From: Candidatus Caldarchaeum sp.
GTDB lineage: Archaea > Thermoproteota > Nitrososphaeria_A > Caldarchaeales > Caldarchaeaceae
Assembly: GCA_038740895.1 (NCBI GenBank)
Contig: JAVYLK010000001.1
Coordinates: 175,656-239,655 of the forward strand
Length of the DNA stretch: 64,000 bases
Reading direction: 5' to 3'
How positions within the stretch are numbered: position 1 is the stretch's first letter; each line of letters starts with the position of its first letter. Shown here in pieces: positions 38,484-48,204 of the stretch. The position numbers were made by a program, and so were the translations under genes. The notes under the pieces were generated by a model that saw only the letters and a program-made list of their open reading frames with translations, was not told where the DNA came from and searched no databases.

Positions 38484-39290
38484 ATGTTGTTGATGTTCAG
38501 CATGTTGTTATTTCCAGCGGTGCTGGGCCTAGAATCAGTGGTTCCGCTCTTCTTCATTATATTACTGCTGCTGATAATCCTCTCTTCTTCCATCAAAGTC
38601 GTCACCGAGTACGAGAGAGCGGTGATATTCCGTCTGGGCAGGTTGATAGGCATCAAGGGCCCTGGAGTGGTAATCATACTGCCGATAATAGACAGGCGTA
38701 GGGTTATAGACCTGAGGCTGGTGACCTTCGACGTGCCTAAGCAGCGGATAATCACGAAGGACAACGTGACGGTTGACGTCGACGCTATTGTCTACTTCAG
38801 GGTTACAGACCCTCAGATGGCTGTCGTCAAGGTTAAGGATTATTTCACGGCGTCTGCTCTTCTTGCTCAGACGACTTTGCGGGATGTTATAGGTCAGGTT
38901 GAGCTAGACGACCTCTTGACACGTAGGGATGAGCTGAACAAGAGGCTTCAGCAGATACTCGACGAAGCCACGGAGCCTTGGGGAATCAAAGTCACGACAG
39001 TTGCTTTAAGGGATGTCGTGATCCCGGAGATGATGCAGAGAGCCATAGCGAAGCAGGCGGAGGCGGAGAGGGAGAGGCGTAGCAGGATCATAGCCGCCGA
39101 GGGCGAGCTGATGGCTGCTGAGAAGATGGCTCAAGCCGCCGACTACTACGCCAAACATCCCATAGCTCTCCGTCTTAGGGAACTCCAGACGTGGAGCGAG
39201 ATAGCGAGGGAGAAGAACATGATAGTCGTGACGGAGTCGGCTTCTAAGGAGCTGGGGACTGTTTTAGGGATAGTCAAGAAGCAGGAATGA
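38484..39290 (+). CDS. stomatin/prohibitin-family (SPFH, band 7) protein
   Basis: N-terminal TM, then VTEYERAVIFRLGRLIGIKGPGVVIILPIIDR and an Ala/Glu-rich coiled coil. Confidence 0.85.
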   Translation: MLLMFSMLLFPAVLGLESVVPLFFIILLLLIILSSSIKVVTEYERAVIFRLGRLIGIKGPGVVIILPIIDRRRVIDLRLVTFDVPKQRIITKDNVTVDVDAIVYFRVTDPQMAVVKVKDYFTASALLAQTTLRDVIGQVELDDLLTRRDELNKRLQQILDEATEPWGIKVTTVALRDVVIPEMMQRAIAKQAEAERERRSRIIAAEGELMAAEKMAQAADYYAKHPIALRLRELQTWSEIAREKNMIVVTESASKELGTVLGIVKKQE

Positions 39291-40555
39291 ATTTACTTGC
39301 TTTAATAATCCTCGTCGGGGTTTTCCAGACAGCGGCTGCCCAGCCCTCGGCAGTATTGTGGGTCGAGGTCAACGGATACATCTCGCCCGGCACGGCAGCT
39401 TACGTCGAGGAGGCTTTCGCCGAAGCCTCTAGGTATTCTGCGGTTCTGGTCACGCTTGACACTCTTGGCGGGCAGGCTGACGCGATGCTCAGGATAGTAG
39501 AATCGATACAGCGTTCTCCTGTTCCGGTGATAGGGTTTGTTTACCCGGTTGGAGGAAAAGCCATGTCGGCAGGCACCTACATCCTGATGGCTTCGAACTT
39601 CGCCGCCATGTCTCCGGGTACGCTGATAGGCTCAGCCCAGCCGGTTGCAGGGGGAGAGCCTGTGACCGATTCGAAGGTGCTGAACTTCTTCGCCGAGAAG
39701 ATGGGCTCTCTCGCCGAGGCCAACGGACGGAACAGGGAGGAGGCTGTGAAGATAGTGCTGGAGAACAAAAACTTCAACCCCCAGTCTGCGATGGAGGCTG
39801 GGTTGATCGAGGCTGTCGCCAACAGCGTGGACGAGCTTTTAGAGCAGGCTGACGGAAAGACGGTCATGACGTTCTGGGGTGAGAGAGTTTTGAACGTGAA
39901 AGGCGCAAGCGTAGTCAGGAAAAGCCCAAGCTTGACCGCTACGATAGTCTCGATGCTGTCGGACCCGCTTTTGTCGAGCGTCCTGATAACTCTTGGAATC
40001 CTGCTTGTGGTGTTCGGCTTGTCCAGCCCCGGATGGGGAGGCGAGGTGATGGGCATTCTGCTCGTTATTTTGGGTTTGGTGGGCCAGGGGCTGAACATAA
40101 ACATAGCGGGGGCGTTGCTGGTCATTGTCGGGGCTGTTCTGATGCTCTATGAGCTGCTGTCGCCCGGGTTCGGGATAGTTGGAATTGGCGGAATACTGTG
40201 CTTGACTCTAGGCATGATACTCATAGGAGGCTACCCGCCAACACCCGCGTTCGTTGCACAGGAGTGGTTCACTCAGTTCCAGACAACGGTAATAATGCTG
40301 GCTTTGTTCATGGCTGCTTTCCTAGGCTTTCTAGGATACAAATCCTACAAAGCTCAGAGACGCAGACCCATCGAGTTATCTGCGAAGCATGCTAGAGCGG
40401 TTGAGCGGATAGAGACTGGAAGAGTTGGCTACATCGTAATAGAAGGCGAGTACTGGCGTGCGAAAGCGGTGAGGGCTGTTGAAGAGGGGCAGTCTGTTAA
40501 AATAGTTGGGCGGGAGGACGGGGTTTTTGTCGTGGAGCCAGAGGAACCTACCTGA
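39287..40555 (+). CDS. NfeD-family membrane-bound ClpP-class serine protease (stomatin operon partner)
   Basis: ClpP-like N-terminal domain (GYISPGTAAYVEEA...DTLGGQADAMLRIV...GGKAMSAGTYILMA), central TM helices, C-terminal OB-fold. ATGA-coupled to the stomatin gene. Confidence 0.75.
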   Translation: MNLLALIILVGVFQTAAAQPSAVLWVEVNGYISPGTAAYVEEAFAEASRYSAVLVTLDTLGGQADAMLRIVESIQRSPVPVIGFVYPVGGKAMSAGTYILMASNFAAMSPGTLIGSAQPVAGGEPVTDSKVLNFFAEKMGSLAEANGRNREEAVKIVLENKNFNPQSAMEAGLIEAVANSVDELLEQADGKTVMTFWGERVLNVKGASVVRKSPSLTATIVSMLSDPLLSSVLITLGILLVVFGLSSPGWGGEVMGILLVILGLVGQGLNINIAGALLVIVGAVLMLYELLSPGFGIVGIGGILCLTLGMILIGGYPPTPAFVAQEWFTQFQTTVIMLALFMAAFLGFLGYKSYKAQRRRPIELSAKHARAVERIETGRVGYIVIEGEYWRAKAVRAVEEGQSVKIVGREDGVFVVEPEEPT

Positions 40556-40973
40556 AAGGCCGGCGCCTCTGGAAACCTCTAGACCTGAAACCTCCTCTCT
40601 CCCTTCGCTCCTCGGAGAAGCTCTCTTTCTGCGACAGGTTGTTCTCTGTGTTTACCTCTTCTATCTGGACGTCAGCTGGCTCGATCTTCCCGAACCTTCC
40701 AAGGTTTAGCTGCATGCGGCCTTTGAACAGCTTGATGAAACCGTTAGTGACCTTTACTGCGTCGCCTTCGTTCACCGTGTCTATGTTCTCATCCCACAGC
40801 ACCAGCGTTATGGCTCCGGTTTCGTCAGCTATCAGCGCCTCGGTAAGCCTGTGCTCCGACTGGTCGTACTGCGATGACACAACCCTTGGCTCCGGCTTTT
40901 CGACGAGTTTGGCAACGAGGTTCACACCCCTCGAGCGAGGGGTTAGGCTTCCAATCTTAACGAGTTCGCTCAA
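40548..40973 (-). CDS. ssb: single-stranded DNA-binding protein (crenarchaeal SSB, single OB fold + RGG/acidic tail)
   Basis: IADETGAITLVLWDE...GDAVKVTNGFIKLFKGRMQLNLGRFGKIE matches Sulfolobus SSB (IVGDETGRVKLTLWG...ENGFVRLFKG). C-terminal RGGFRSRGFQRRRPFR tail. Confidence 0.75.
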   Translation of the reverse strand: MSELVKIGSLTPRSRGVNLVAKLVEKPEPRVVSSQYDQSEHRLTEALIADETGAITLVLWDENIDTVNEGDAVKVTNGFIKLFKGRMQLNLGRFGKIEPADVQIEEVNTENNLSQKESFSEERRERGGFRSRGFQRRRPFR

Positions 40974-41027
40974 CTTCTTTCTTCACTCTTTTTGGTGTGT
41001 TTAGTTAATCCAAGCCGTATATAAGTC

Positions 41028-42602
41028 TTAGGCTAGGCAGCGGGCTATCATCTCGTAAGCCCTTTCGACGCCCAAGTCCTCGACGACGAACGTCCCAAAC
41101 CTCGGCCCGCTGTCCTGCCCGAGGAGTATTCTGTAAAGCTGCTGGAAAAGCTGCTGCGGCTTGAGACCGTGGCGCCTCGCTGTTTCGAAGACGGCTGACT
41201 GGAGCACCTCGGCTTGCTTTGCCTGCTTAATAATCTCTGCGACCTCGGCGACTGCAGGCTTCAGGGCCTCGTCGAGTTTTACCTGCTCGGCGGAAGGCTG
41301 GCCGAAGGATTTGTAGTAGTTGATGGCCATGGTTATCCTCTCCAAGGCTTGTTCGTCGACTCTGTAGCCGTAGCGTTCAAGCCTTGACGCGATGAAGTCC
41401 TTCTCTTTCCCTTCGGGCGCTATGGAGGACAGGAAGACGAGTAGGTTGTAGGGTATGATGTTGGGCCTTTTCGTAGGCGGGTGTAGGAAATAGGCGTAGA
41501 CGTAGAGCCCTGTCTTCCTCGGGTCTCCCGTTCTAGAGTAGTGTTGCTCGGCGAGCCGGTCAAGCTCGTTCATCAACGCAGGGATCAGCCTGTGGGAAAT
41601 GACTCGGGTCCCCCTCATTCTTTTGAGAAGAAGTAGAACGAGGCTCTGCGGAGTACCGTATCTGTACCATGTGTGGGGTGTGAAAACTGAAACTCCTCTG
41701 GACTTCGAGATCTTCCTCTTGGATTCGTCGAGGAACAGCTCGTACTGGACATGGTAGGGAGGCGGTCTGTTGAGGACGTTTGCACACACCCAGTCGTTGA
41801 CCTTGACTGAGTCGGCGAGGTCTTTGCCGTACGCTTCGAACCTCACGTCTAGAGCAGCCCATCTGGCCGCCCACTCGACCTTCCACGACAGCTTCCCCTC
41901 AGCCTTAGAGACGTCGGCCTCTCCCTCGTAGCCGCAGCCCTGATGCCAGCGCTTCTTGATCTCAACCCCCCTGCATACGTAGTGGACACGGCCAGTCGAG
42001 TGGTCGAAGGACTGTGCCTGAGTGGTGTATATCCTCCCGCATGAATGGCAGAGAGGGAAGTAGGGAAGCGTCTGCGTGAATTTCCTCTGACCCGTTGTCT
42101 CAGCTATCTTCTCGCCTATCGTCGTCCAGTTCTTCAGTATGGCGGTAATCTCGTTCTTCAGTGTTCCGTTTCCGTAAACTACGTATCCTCTGTACAGCCT
42201 AGCCTCAACGCCTGTTTTAGACAGGGCGTCGAGGAGCTGGTCCTCCATGTGGACTGCGTAGGATTCATGGCATCCAAAGGGGTCTGGTATGAGGGAGACA
42301 GGCTGGAGCAGGTACTTCTCGTAGGGCTGAGGTATCTCGGCTGGAACGCTGCGCAACCCATCCATGTCGTCGGCGAACTGAATCATCTCCGAATTGTATC
42401 CAAGGTTTTTCAAGGCCAGCGAGACGGCGTAGGCCCTCACCGAGTCAGACATGCTGCCTATGTGGACGAAGCCTGATGCGGCGATGCCGGCCTCAGTCCT
42501 TAGCAGGCTAAGGTCTCTGCCCAGGGCTTTTTCACGCTCTACGATCTTCCAGGCAAGGTTGTCCAGCCACGTACCGAGACCTATCAGCCTCCCGTCGCTC
42601 AT
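41028..42602 (-). CDS. lysS: lysyl-tRNA synthetase, class I
   Basis: 524 aa. HIGH-like SGFVHIGSMSDSVRAYAV, KMSKS-like KISKSRG, and a zinc-binding CHSCG...C. Confidence 0.75.
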   Translation of the reverse strand: MSDGRLIGLGTWLDNLAWKIVEREKALGRDLSLLRTEAGIAASGFVHIGSMSDSVRAYAVSLALKNLGYNSEMIQFADDMDGLRSVPAEIPQPYEKYLLQPVSLIPDPFGCHESYAVHMEDQLLDALSKTGVEARLYRGYVVYGNGTLKNEITAILKNWTTIGEKIAETTGQRKFTQTLPYFPLCHSCGRIYTTQAQSFDHSTGRVHYVCRGVEIKKRWHQGCGYEGEADVSKAEGKLSWKVEWAARWAALDVRFEAYGKDLADSVKVNDWVCANVLNRPPPYHVQYELFLDESKRKISKSRGVSVFTPHTWYRYGTPQSLVLLLLKRMRGTRVISHRLIPALMNELDRLAEQHYSRTGDPRKTGLYVYAYFLHPPTKRPNIIPYNLLVFLSSIAPEGKEKDFIASRLERYGYRVDEQALERITMAINYYKSFGQPSAEQVKLDEALKPAVAEVAEIIKQAKQAEVLQSAVFETARRHGLKPQQLFQQLYRILLGQDSGPRFGTFVVEDLGVERAYEMIARCLA

Positions 42603-42630
42603 TACCCGCAGACAATCCTCAAGCCATTTG

Positions 42631-43482
42631 TTATACCTTAACAGCTCTCACGCAACGGACTTTATCTACGTATTGCGGTCTGAACCCTGCTCTCCTCAAC
42701 CTCTCCATCACTCCGACGTAGACCCTCTGGCCACGGGTAAAACCCGGCTGGCCGACGTAATGAACCAAGCATCCCCCCTTCTTAAGGACGCTGGCGACCA
42801 TGCAGTAGAACTCGAGAGAGTACAGCTCTCCAACCATTCTAATGGTCGGAGGGTCGTGGACGACGCAGTCGAAAGTTTCGTTGCATCTGGAGAGAAAGTC
42901 GAATGCGTCGGCGTTGACGACGTCTACTCTTTCGTCGCTGAACAAAGCTTTGGACCATGGGTTGTAGGAGGCCATCCTCAGCACGTTAAAGTCTTTCTCC
43001 ACGGTTATAACCCGTGCGACGCCTCTTTTCAGCAAAGCCGTCGAAGTGTAGCCCAGACCTGTGCAGACATCTAGAACAGACTTGTTCCTGAGGCTTGCGA
43101 ATAGCTGGACCTTCTGGGCGGCGTCCGCCTCTGGCGGCACGTCCACTGTTCGGTGCATTCTTATGCCGTCAATCTCAACAGTCGGTGCGTGGCCCCACTT
43201 CGGGAGGACTAGGCGGTAGTATCGCTGGTCGAACCAGCCCAGCCTGCGTACTCTACCCCCAAGAACGTAGACATCCTCGGGGGTATCAGCCATCTTCTCC
43301 AATTCATTCCAGCCAACGGAAACATCTTTCATAACAAGGGCCTCGGAAGTAAGCTTGCAAAGAGTAGTTGACAGCCCCAAGTCAAGCGACACTGAGGCCT
43401 CCGTTGCTGAAGACCTCAGCCCGATGATCCGTCTCGCCTCCCATCCAGCCAAGAGTCTTAGCTTCCTCGGCTTCAGCAACAA
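42631..43482 (-). CDS. class I SAM-dependent methyltransferase (putative RNA methyltransferase)
   Basis: Motif I VLDVCTGLGYTS, motif IV VVHDPP. The N-terminal about 110 aa could be a substrate-binding domain. Confidence 0.55.
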   Translation of the reverse strand: MLLKPRKLRLLAGWEARRIIGLRSSATEASVSLDLGLSTTLCKLTSEALVMKDVSVGWNELEKMADTPEDVYVLGGRVRRLGWFDQRYYRLVLPKWGHAPTVEIDGIRMHRTVDVPPEADAAQKVQLFASLRNKSVLDVCTGLGYTSTALLKRGVARVITVEKDFNVLRMASYNPWSKALFSDERVDVVNADAFDFLSRCNETFDCVVHDPPTIRMVGELYSLEFYCMVASVLKKGGCLVHYVGQPGFTRGQRVYVGVMERLRRAGFRPQYVDKVRCVRAVKV

Positions 43483-43533
43483 CAGCTCGTCGAGTACATC
43501 CCTATATAAACGAGTAATGGCAGCGTTGCAGGG

Positions 43534-44337
43534 TTGAAGGCTGTCATCCTAGTCTCTTCGGAGGACGTCGCCGCGATGAACGTCCTCAAAGTTCTGAGGG
43601 AGCTTCATGGATTCGAGCAGGGAATGGAGGCGTCTCTGTACGTGGGCGGCGGGGTTGAAGCCCGTGTACTCGACCAGCCAGCTCTTTATGCAGACCAATA
43701 CATCGGTGAGACTGCCGCCGACCTTATCGTAGTTGCCTCCCGCCATGTCTCGGAGTCAGGTCGTCGTTGCTTGTTGGTTCATTCTACCGGAAACTGGAGG
43801 GATAAGGCTGAGTTCGGCGGCCTTCCGTCAAAGCTCTCGATGACCTCCGCCAGAGCAGTCTACACAGCTGTTCATGCATTACGCTCATCAGCGGATGAGC
43901 TCGGGCTGCGTGATGTAGTTGTCGGGCTTGAGGCCACCCACCACGGACCGTACTCGGAGAAGCCTCTCGTCTTCGTCGAGATAGGTTCTTCACCGGACAG
44001 CTGGAGAGACCAAACGATGGCCGAGGCTGCGGCGGACGCCTGCCTAAAGCTCTGCAGGGACAAAGGCAACCTCCCAGAGTCGTGCGCAGTAGGGTTCGGA
44101 GGAGGACATTATGCCCCAAACTTCCTAATGCCGGTCTTTGAAGGCAGGTTCGCCGTCGGCCACATCGCCTCCAAGCACGTGTTCCCGCTGACCGAGGACC
44201 TTGTCGAACAAGCTTTCTCGAAGACCGTTGAAAAGCCGAGGACGGCTTTGGTTGACTGGGACGGGCTCAAGTCTGACCATCGTCAAGCACTCCTGAAAAC
44301 TCTGGCGAGAATGGATGTGGAAGTGGTCAGGGTTTAG
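43534..44337 (+). CDS. dtdA: D-aminoacyl-tRNA deacylase, archaeal type (DtdA/DTD2)
   Basis: MKAVILVSSEDVAAMNVLKVL, EATHHGP, VEIGSS, GFGGGHYAP and VDWDG, all signature segments of archaeal DTD. Confidence 0.8.
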   Translation: MKAVILVSSEDVAAMNVLKVLRELHGFEQGMEASLYVGGGVEARVLDQPALYADQYIGETAADLIVVASRHVSESGRRCLLVHSTGNWRDKAEFGGLPSKLSMTSARAVYTAVHALRSSADELGLRDVVVGLEATHHGPYSEKPLVFVEIGSSPDSWRDQTMAEAAADACLKLCRDKGNLPESCAVGFGGGHYAPNFLMPVFEGRFAVGHIASKHVFPLTEDLVEQAFSKTVEKPRTALVDWDGLKSDHRQALLKTLARMDVEVVRV

Positions 44338-44371
44338 CTGGCAAGTGTTTATATACCGAAAATCATACAAC

Positions 44372-44752
44372 ATGCTGGGGTTGCTGCTACCTGCGGAGAT
44401 AGAGTCTAAGGTCACGATACCTCTAATCAGGGCTCTAATCGCCAAGAAGCTTGTCTACGGGAAGAAGTTTACGCAGGAGCAGGTGGCTAACGTGCTCGGA
44501 ATAACTCAGGCGGCGGTGAGCAACTACTTGAGGGGCGTCAGAGGCTGGTCCGCCGAGTGGGAGAGAAACGAGGAGCTGAACAAGTGGGCTGACGAGGTTA
44601 TCGAAGCCATTCTGCGGAAGGAGCCGAAGGAGGAGGTGGCTCGGAGGATAAACGCCGCTGTCAAAAGCATTCGTTCGAACAGGATACTGTGCGAGATTCA
44701 CAAAAAGATCGAGCCGGAGATAGACGTCGACTCCTGCAAGGTCTGCGACTAG
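44372..44752 (+). CDS. small HTH (XRE-like) + C-terminal Cys4 zinc-ribbon regulator; paralog of the N-terminal module of the adjacent ThiR-like protein
   Basis: QEQVANVLGITQAAVSNYLRG (HTH) and CEIHKKIEPEIDVDSCKVCD. Start taken at the internal M after dtdA; the track's upstream start is 44315. Confidence 0.5.
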   Translation: MLGLLLPAEIESKVTIPLIRALIAKKLVYGKKFTQEQVANVLGITQAAVSNYLRGVRGWSAEWERNEELNKWADEVIEAILRKEPKEEVARRINAAVKSIRSNRILCEIHKKIEPEIDVDSCKVCD

Positions 44753-45684
44753 GGTTGAACAACCCGGCCGACTAGCTTCAGCACTATCTCAACAACCTCT
44801 TCGGGTGTTTTTCCAAAGATGTAGGTTATCGGCTCGTACCCAACCCCTCCTCCGTGCAGAACCGCCCTACACTCACCGCCCTCCAAGCATCTCTTGACGT
44901 CGTCCAGTATGTCCTGCTCAGTCAGAGGCCTGGCTCGAGGCCCTACCGAGACAGCCTGAACCCCGAGGCTCTTCAACGCCTCCTCCACCTCAGGGCTGTG
45001 CTTAATGTTTATGGCTGACCTTATGGATGGGTCGACCTCCCTTGCGCGGAGGAGAACGCTGGCTAGATGTTTAGAGCCTCCCATAGTAGGACGCCCTACT
45101 GACTTGACGCGTTTGTTGACGGACACGATCCTGCCGGCTACTCCGGCGACCTCGTTGATGGACACGGCGTTCTTCAAACTGTACACCAAGTTTGAGCCAA
45201 CTTCCGGGATCAGCCTGTATATGCCCGGAGACTCTTCCAACCGTTTGACAGCTCCCTCCAGCTTCCTGAGAACGTTCATCCTGTCCCCGTCCACCATAGC
45301 ATCGGCATCCAGGCTCATGCATATCTCGCAGTCAGCCAGCTGTGGATAGATACTCCTGTGGAAGGCGCAGAGCCTACCCTCCGAAAGAAGAGAACGCCAG
45401 TAGGAGTAAAGCATGCCAGCCGCGTGGGCAGGGCTCTCATGAAGAACGTCGACGAGCGTGTCTACAAGCATCAAAGCCTCGCCCCTCTCTACACCCATGT
45501 TCTCAAGAACTCTAAAGTACTTGTCCTCCCCCTTGGCGAGAATCTGGCTCACCGCCGGCTGAGTCGTGCCCACAAGCCTGGCTATCGTGGGCTGTCCAAC
45601 CCCTTTCCGCCTGAGCCGGTGGACGACGATGCCCCTGACGGCTGGCAGGAAGAACTTCGCCATCATCTCGCATGGAGGGAACAT
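44749..45684 (-). CDS. HTH + Cys4 ribbon + ThiN-like domain protein (ThiR-like thiamine regulator candidate)
   Basis: N-terminal QPTIARLVGTTQPAVSQILAKG (HTH) and CAFHRSIYPQLADCEIC, then about 200 aa resembling the ThiN/ThiD-C domain (...GRIVSVNKRV...GGSKHLASVLL...GYEPITYIFGKTPEEVVEIV). The ThiN assignment is from memory and not verified. Confidence 0.45.
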   Translation of the reverse strand: MFPPCEMMAKFFLPAVRGIVVHRLRRKGVGQPTIARLVGTTQPAVSQILAKGEDKYFRVLENMGVERGEALMLVDTLVDVLHESPAHAAGMLYSYWRSLLSEGRLCAFHRSIYPQLADCEICMSLDADAMVDGDRMNVLRKLEGAVKRLEESPGIYRLIPEVGSNLVYSLKNAVSINEVAGVAGRIVSVNKRVKSVGRPTMGGSKHLASVLLRAREVDPSIRSAINIKHSPEVEEALKSLGVQAVSVGPRARPLTEQDILDDVKRCLEGGECRAVLHGGGVGYEPITYIFGKTPEEVVEIVLKLVGRVVQP

Positions 45685-45736
45685 GTATGAACAGGTAGAC
45701 GGATGTTTATAAACAGGAGCCGGCCGGGTTCTGACG

Positions 45737-46771
45737 ATGGAGAAACACGAGATGGAGCTGCCCCGCTATGTCGTAGTTGGGAGGGGGTTGGAGTATGTTC
45801 TGGCGGAGCGGCTGTTAAAGAACGGTTTCAGGAGGGCTGTGATGACTACTAGCAGGACGCCCTACAGGCTTTACGGCTCTAGGATTGTTGAAGCTTGCGG
45901 CGGTGATGTCGAGGTTGAGACGCTGGTCGTCGACGACGTGGTCGAGGAGTTTGAAGACGCTGTTAGACGTGCTAAGCAGGCTGACGTCGTTCTGGGCGTG
46001 GGCGGAGGCAGGGTCGGCGACGTCTCGAAAACCCTTGCCGAGGTCTCTGGAAAGCCGTTCTTCAGCGCTCCGACTGTCGCGTCCCACGACGGCATAGCGA
46101 GCCCTATGACTTCCTTCAGACGGGACGGGCAAGCCTACTCAAGAAAGTCGGTAATGCCCTCCGAGGTGTTTGCAGACATGGACGTCATCAGCCTCGCTCC
46201 CCGGAGATACTTACTGAGCGGCTGCGGCGACTTGGTTGCCAAGCAGAGCGCTGTGAGAGATTGGTGGCTGTCTCACAGGGTCTCGGGCGAGTACTACGGC
46301 AGGTATGCGGCTCATCTGGCTTACCTGAGCTCCACAGTCGTTATGAAATCGACGAGGCTCGTTGCGGAGGGTTTGTTGGAGGGGGTTAGGACGGTTGTCG
46401 AGGCGTTGATAAGCGCTGGAGTAGCCATGGGGGTTGCTGGAAGCAGCAGGCCATGCAGCGGAAGCGAGCACCTCATAGCGCATTCACTCGAGATGCTGAT
46501 GGACAGGCCTGCTCTGCACGGCGAGCGATGCGGTGTAGCGACTATATTCACATCCTACCTGCAGCGTGGCAGGTGGAGGAGGATTCGGGAAAGCCTAGCC
46601 GCCATGGGAGCCCACCACAAGCTAGAACACATAAACGTCGACGCAGACCTGTTCGTCGAAGCCGTTCATCGGGCCCCCGAGATCCGTAGGGAAAGATACA
46701 CTATCCTCCACCACCTCAAACCGACAAGAAAGGATGTACTGAAGGCCTTGGAAGAGACGGAGCTAGTCTAG
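45737..46771 (+). CDS. egsA: sn-glycerol-1-phosphate dehydrogenase
   Basis: VVLGVGGGRVGDVSKTLAEVSGKPFFSAPTVASHDGIASPMTSF, the G1PDH/DHQS-like fold. 344 aa. Confidence 0.8.
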   Translation: MEKHEMELPRYVVVGRGLEYVLAERLLKNGFRRAVMTTSRTPYRLYGSRIVEACGGDVEVETLVVDDVVEEFEDAVRRAKQADVVLGVGGGRVGDVSKTLAEVSGKPFFSAPTVASHDGIASPMTSFRRDGQAYSRKSVMPSEVFADMDVISLAPRRYLLSGCGDLVAKQSAVRDWWLSHRVSGEYYGRYAAHLAYLSSTVVMKSTRLVAEGLLEGVRTVVEALISAGVAMGVAGSSRPCSGSEHLIAHSLEMLMDRPALHGERCGVATIFTSYLQRGRWRRIRESLAAMGAHHKLEHINVDADLFVEAVHRAPEIRRERYTILHHLKPTRKDVLKALEETELV

Positions 46772-46776
46772 TATAA

Positions 46777-48204
46777 ATGATGGTGGGACGATTTAGAGTC
46801 ATGGCTCTGAGGTCTGAGTTCGACACGCTTGGGGAGATGAAGGTTCCTGCAGAAGCCCTGTACGGAGCGCAGACAGCCCGGGCTGTTGAAAATTTTCCCA
46901 TCTCTCGGTACAGGTTTCAGAGAGCTTTCATCAAGGCTCTCGGCCTGGTCAAGCATGCTGCAGCGGAGGCGAACATGGCTCTGGGGTTGCTGGACAGGAG
47001 GATAGGGGAGGCTATTTCGAAGGCGGCTTTGGAGGTTGCGGAAGGTCTTCACGACAAGGAGTTTGTGGTGGATGTTTTCCAGACCGGCTCCGGCACGTCG
47101 ACCAACATGAACGCCAACGAGGTGATAGCCAACAGGGCCCTCGAGATACTGGGAGCCAGCAGAGGAGATAAAAAACTCATACATCCCAACGACCACGTCA
47201 ACATGGGGCAGTCAACCAACGACGTGATACCAACAGCCATAAACATCTCGGCAGCTATACTCATCAGGGAAAAACTCCTCAAATCTCTCGACCTCTTAGA
47301 ATCCGCGCTTGCCAAGAAGGCCGAGGAATACAGGGACATCGTCAAGCCTGGCAGGACACATTTCCAAGACGCCGTCCCCATGACCTTTGGCCAGGAATTT
47401 TCAGGATACGCGGCGATGATAAAGAAAAGCCGTCAAAGAGTCTTGAAGGCTTTCGACAGCCTTCTCGAGCTGCCGATAGGGGGCACGGCTGTGGGCACAG
47501 GTCTCAACGCTCATCCCGACTTTGCGAAACTCGTCGTCGACCGGCTCCGGGAGAAGACGGGAATCGATTTCAGTGTCGCTGAAAACCGTTTCGAGGCGAT
47601 GGGTAGTAGAGACTGTTGCCTTGAAGCCTCTGCGTCCTTCAGGAGCGTCGCCGTCTCTCTGCTGAAGATATGCAACGACCTCCGAATCCTTTCATCAGGC
47701 CCCAACACGGGAATCAACGAGATAGAGCTTCCCGCTGTCCAGCCAGGGTCTTCAATCATGCCTGGAAAAGTAAACCCAGTCATCGTCGAGTCGGCGATGC
47801 TTGCGGCCGCTCAGGTAATAGGGTACGACAGGGCTGTCGAAGAGGCCTGCAGGCTTGGCGAGCTTGAGCTGAACATGGGTCTACCGCTGATAGCCTATGA
47901 CTTGATCGAACAAATCGAGATACTTTCAAACACCTGCACAAACCTAGCTCTCAAGTGCGTGGCGGGTATCAGGGTGAACGTCGAGAGGGCGAGGACGCTG
48001 GCGGAGTCAAGCCCAGCACTAGTGACCGTGGTCGCTCCCGTAATAGGCTACGACGCCGCCGCCAAGGCCGCTAAGAAGATGCTGGCGGAGAATAAGCCAA
48101 TCAAACAGGTTCTCCTCGAGGAGGGTGTTTTAAGCCGAGAACAGGTCGAGAAGGTTTTGGACTTGCTGAAGATAAGCAGGGGAGGCATCATAGGCGGAAC
48201 ATAG
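46777..48204 (+). CDS. fumC: class II fumarate hydratase / aspartate ammonia-lyase family
   Basis: Lyase signature [11 protein letters not shown] and N-terminal [24 protein letters not shown]. FumC versus AspA is not resolvable by eye. Confidence 0.7.
   Translation: MMVGRFRVMALRSEFDTLGEMKVPAEALYGAQTARAVENFPISRYRFQRAFIKALGLVKHAAAEANMALGLLDRRIGEAISKAALEVAEGLHDKEFVVDVFQTGSGTSTNMNANEVIANRALEILGASRGDKKLIHPNDHVNMGQSTNDVIPTAINISAAILIREKLLKSLDLLESALAKKAEEYRDIVKPGRTHFQDAVPMTFGQEFSGYAAMIKKSRQRVLKAFDSLLELPIGGTAVGTGLNAHPDFAKLVVDRLREKTGIDFSVAENRFEAMGSRDCCLEASASFRSVAVSLLKICNDLRILSSGPNTGINEIELPAVQPGSSIMPGKVNPVIVESAMLAAAQVIGYDRAVEEACRLGELELNMGLPLIAYDLIEQIEILSNTCTNLALKCVAGIRVNVERARTLAESSPALVTVVAPVIGYDAAAKAAKKMLAENKPIKQVLLEEGVLSREQVEKVLDLLKISRGGIIGGT

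Noticed and set aside
38372-38764. 130-aa minus-strand ORF overlapping the stomatin gene start and upstream region
   Set aside because: Overlaps the strongly supported stomatin N-terminus and has an odd Ile/Thr-rich composition; likely spurious. The 150-bp region 38331-38483 is better read as the stomatin promoter/5' region.
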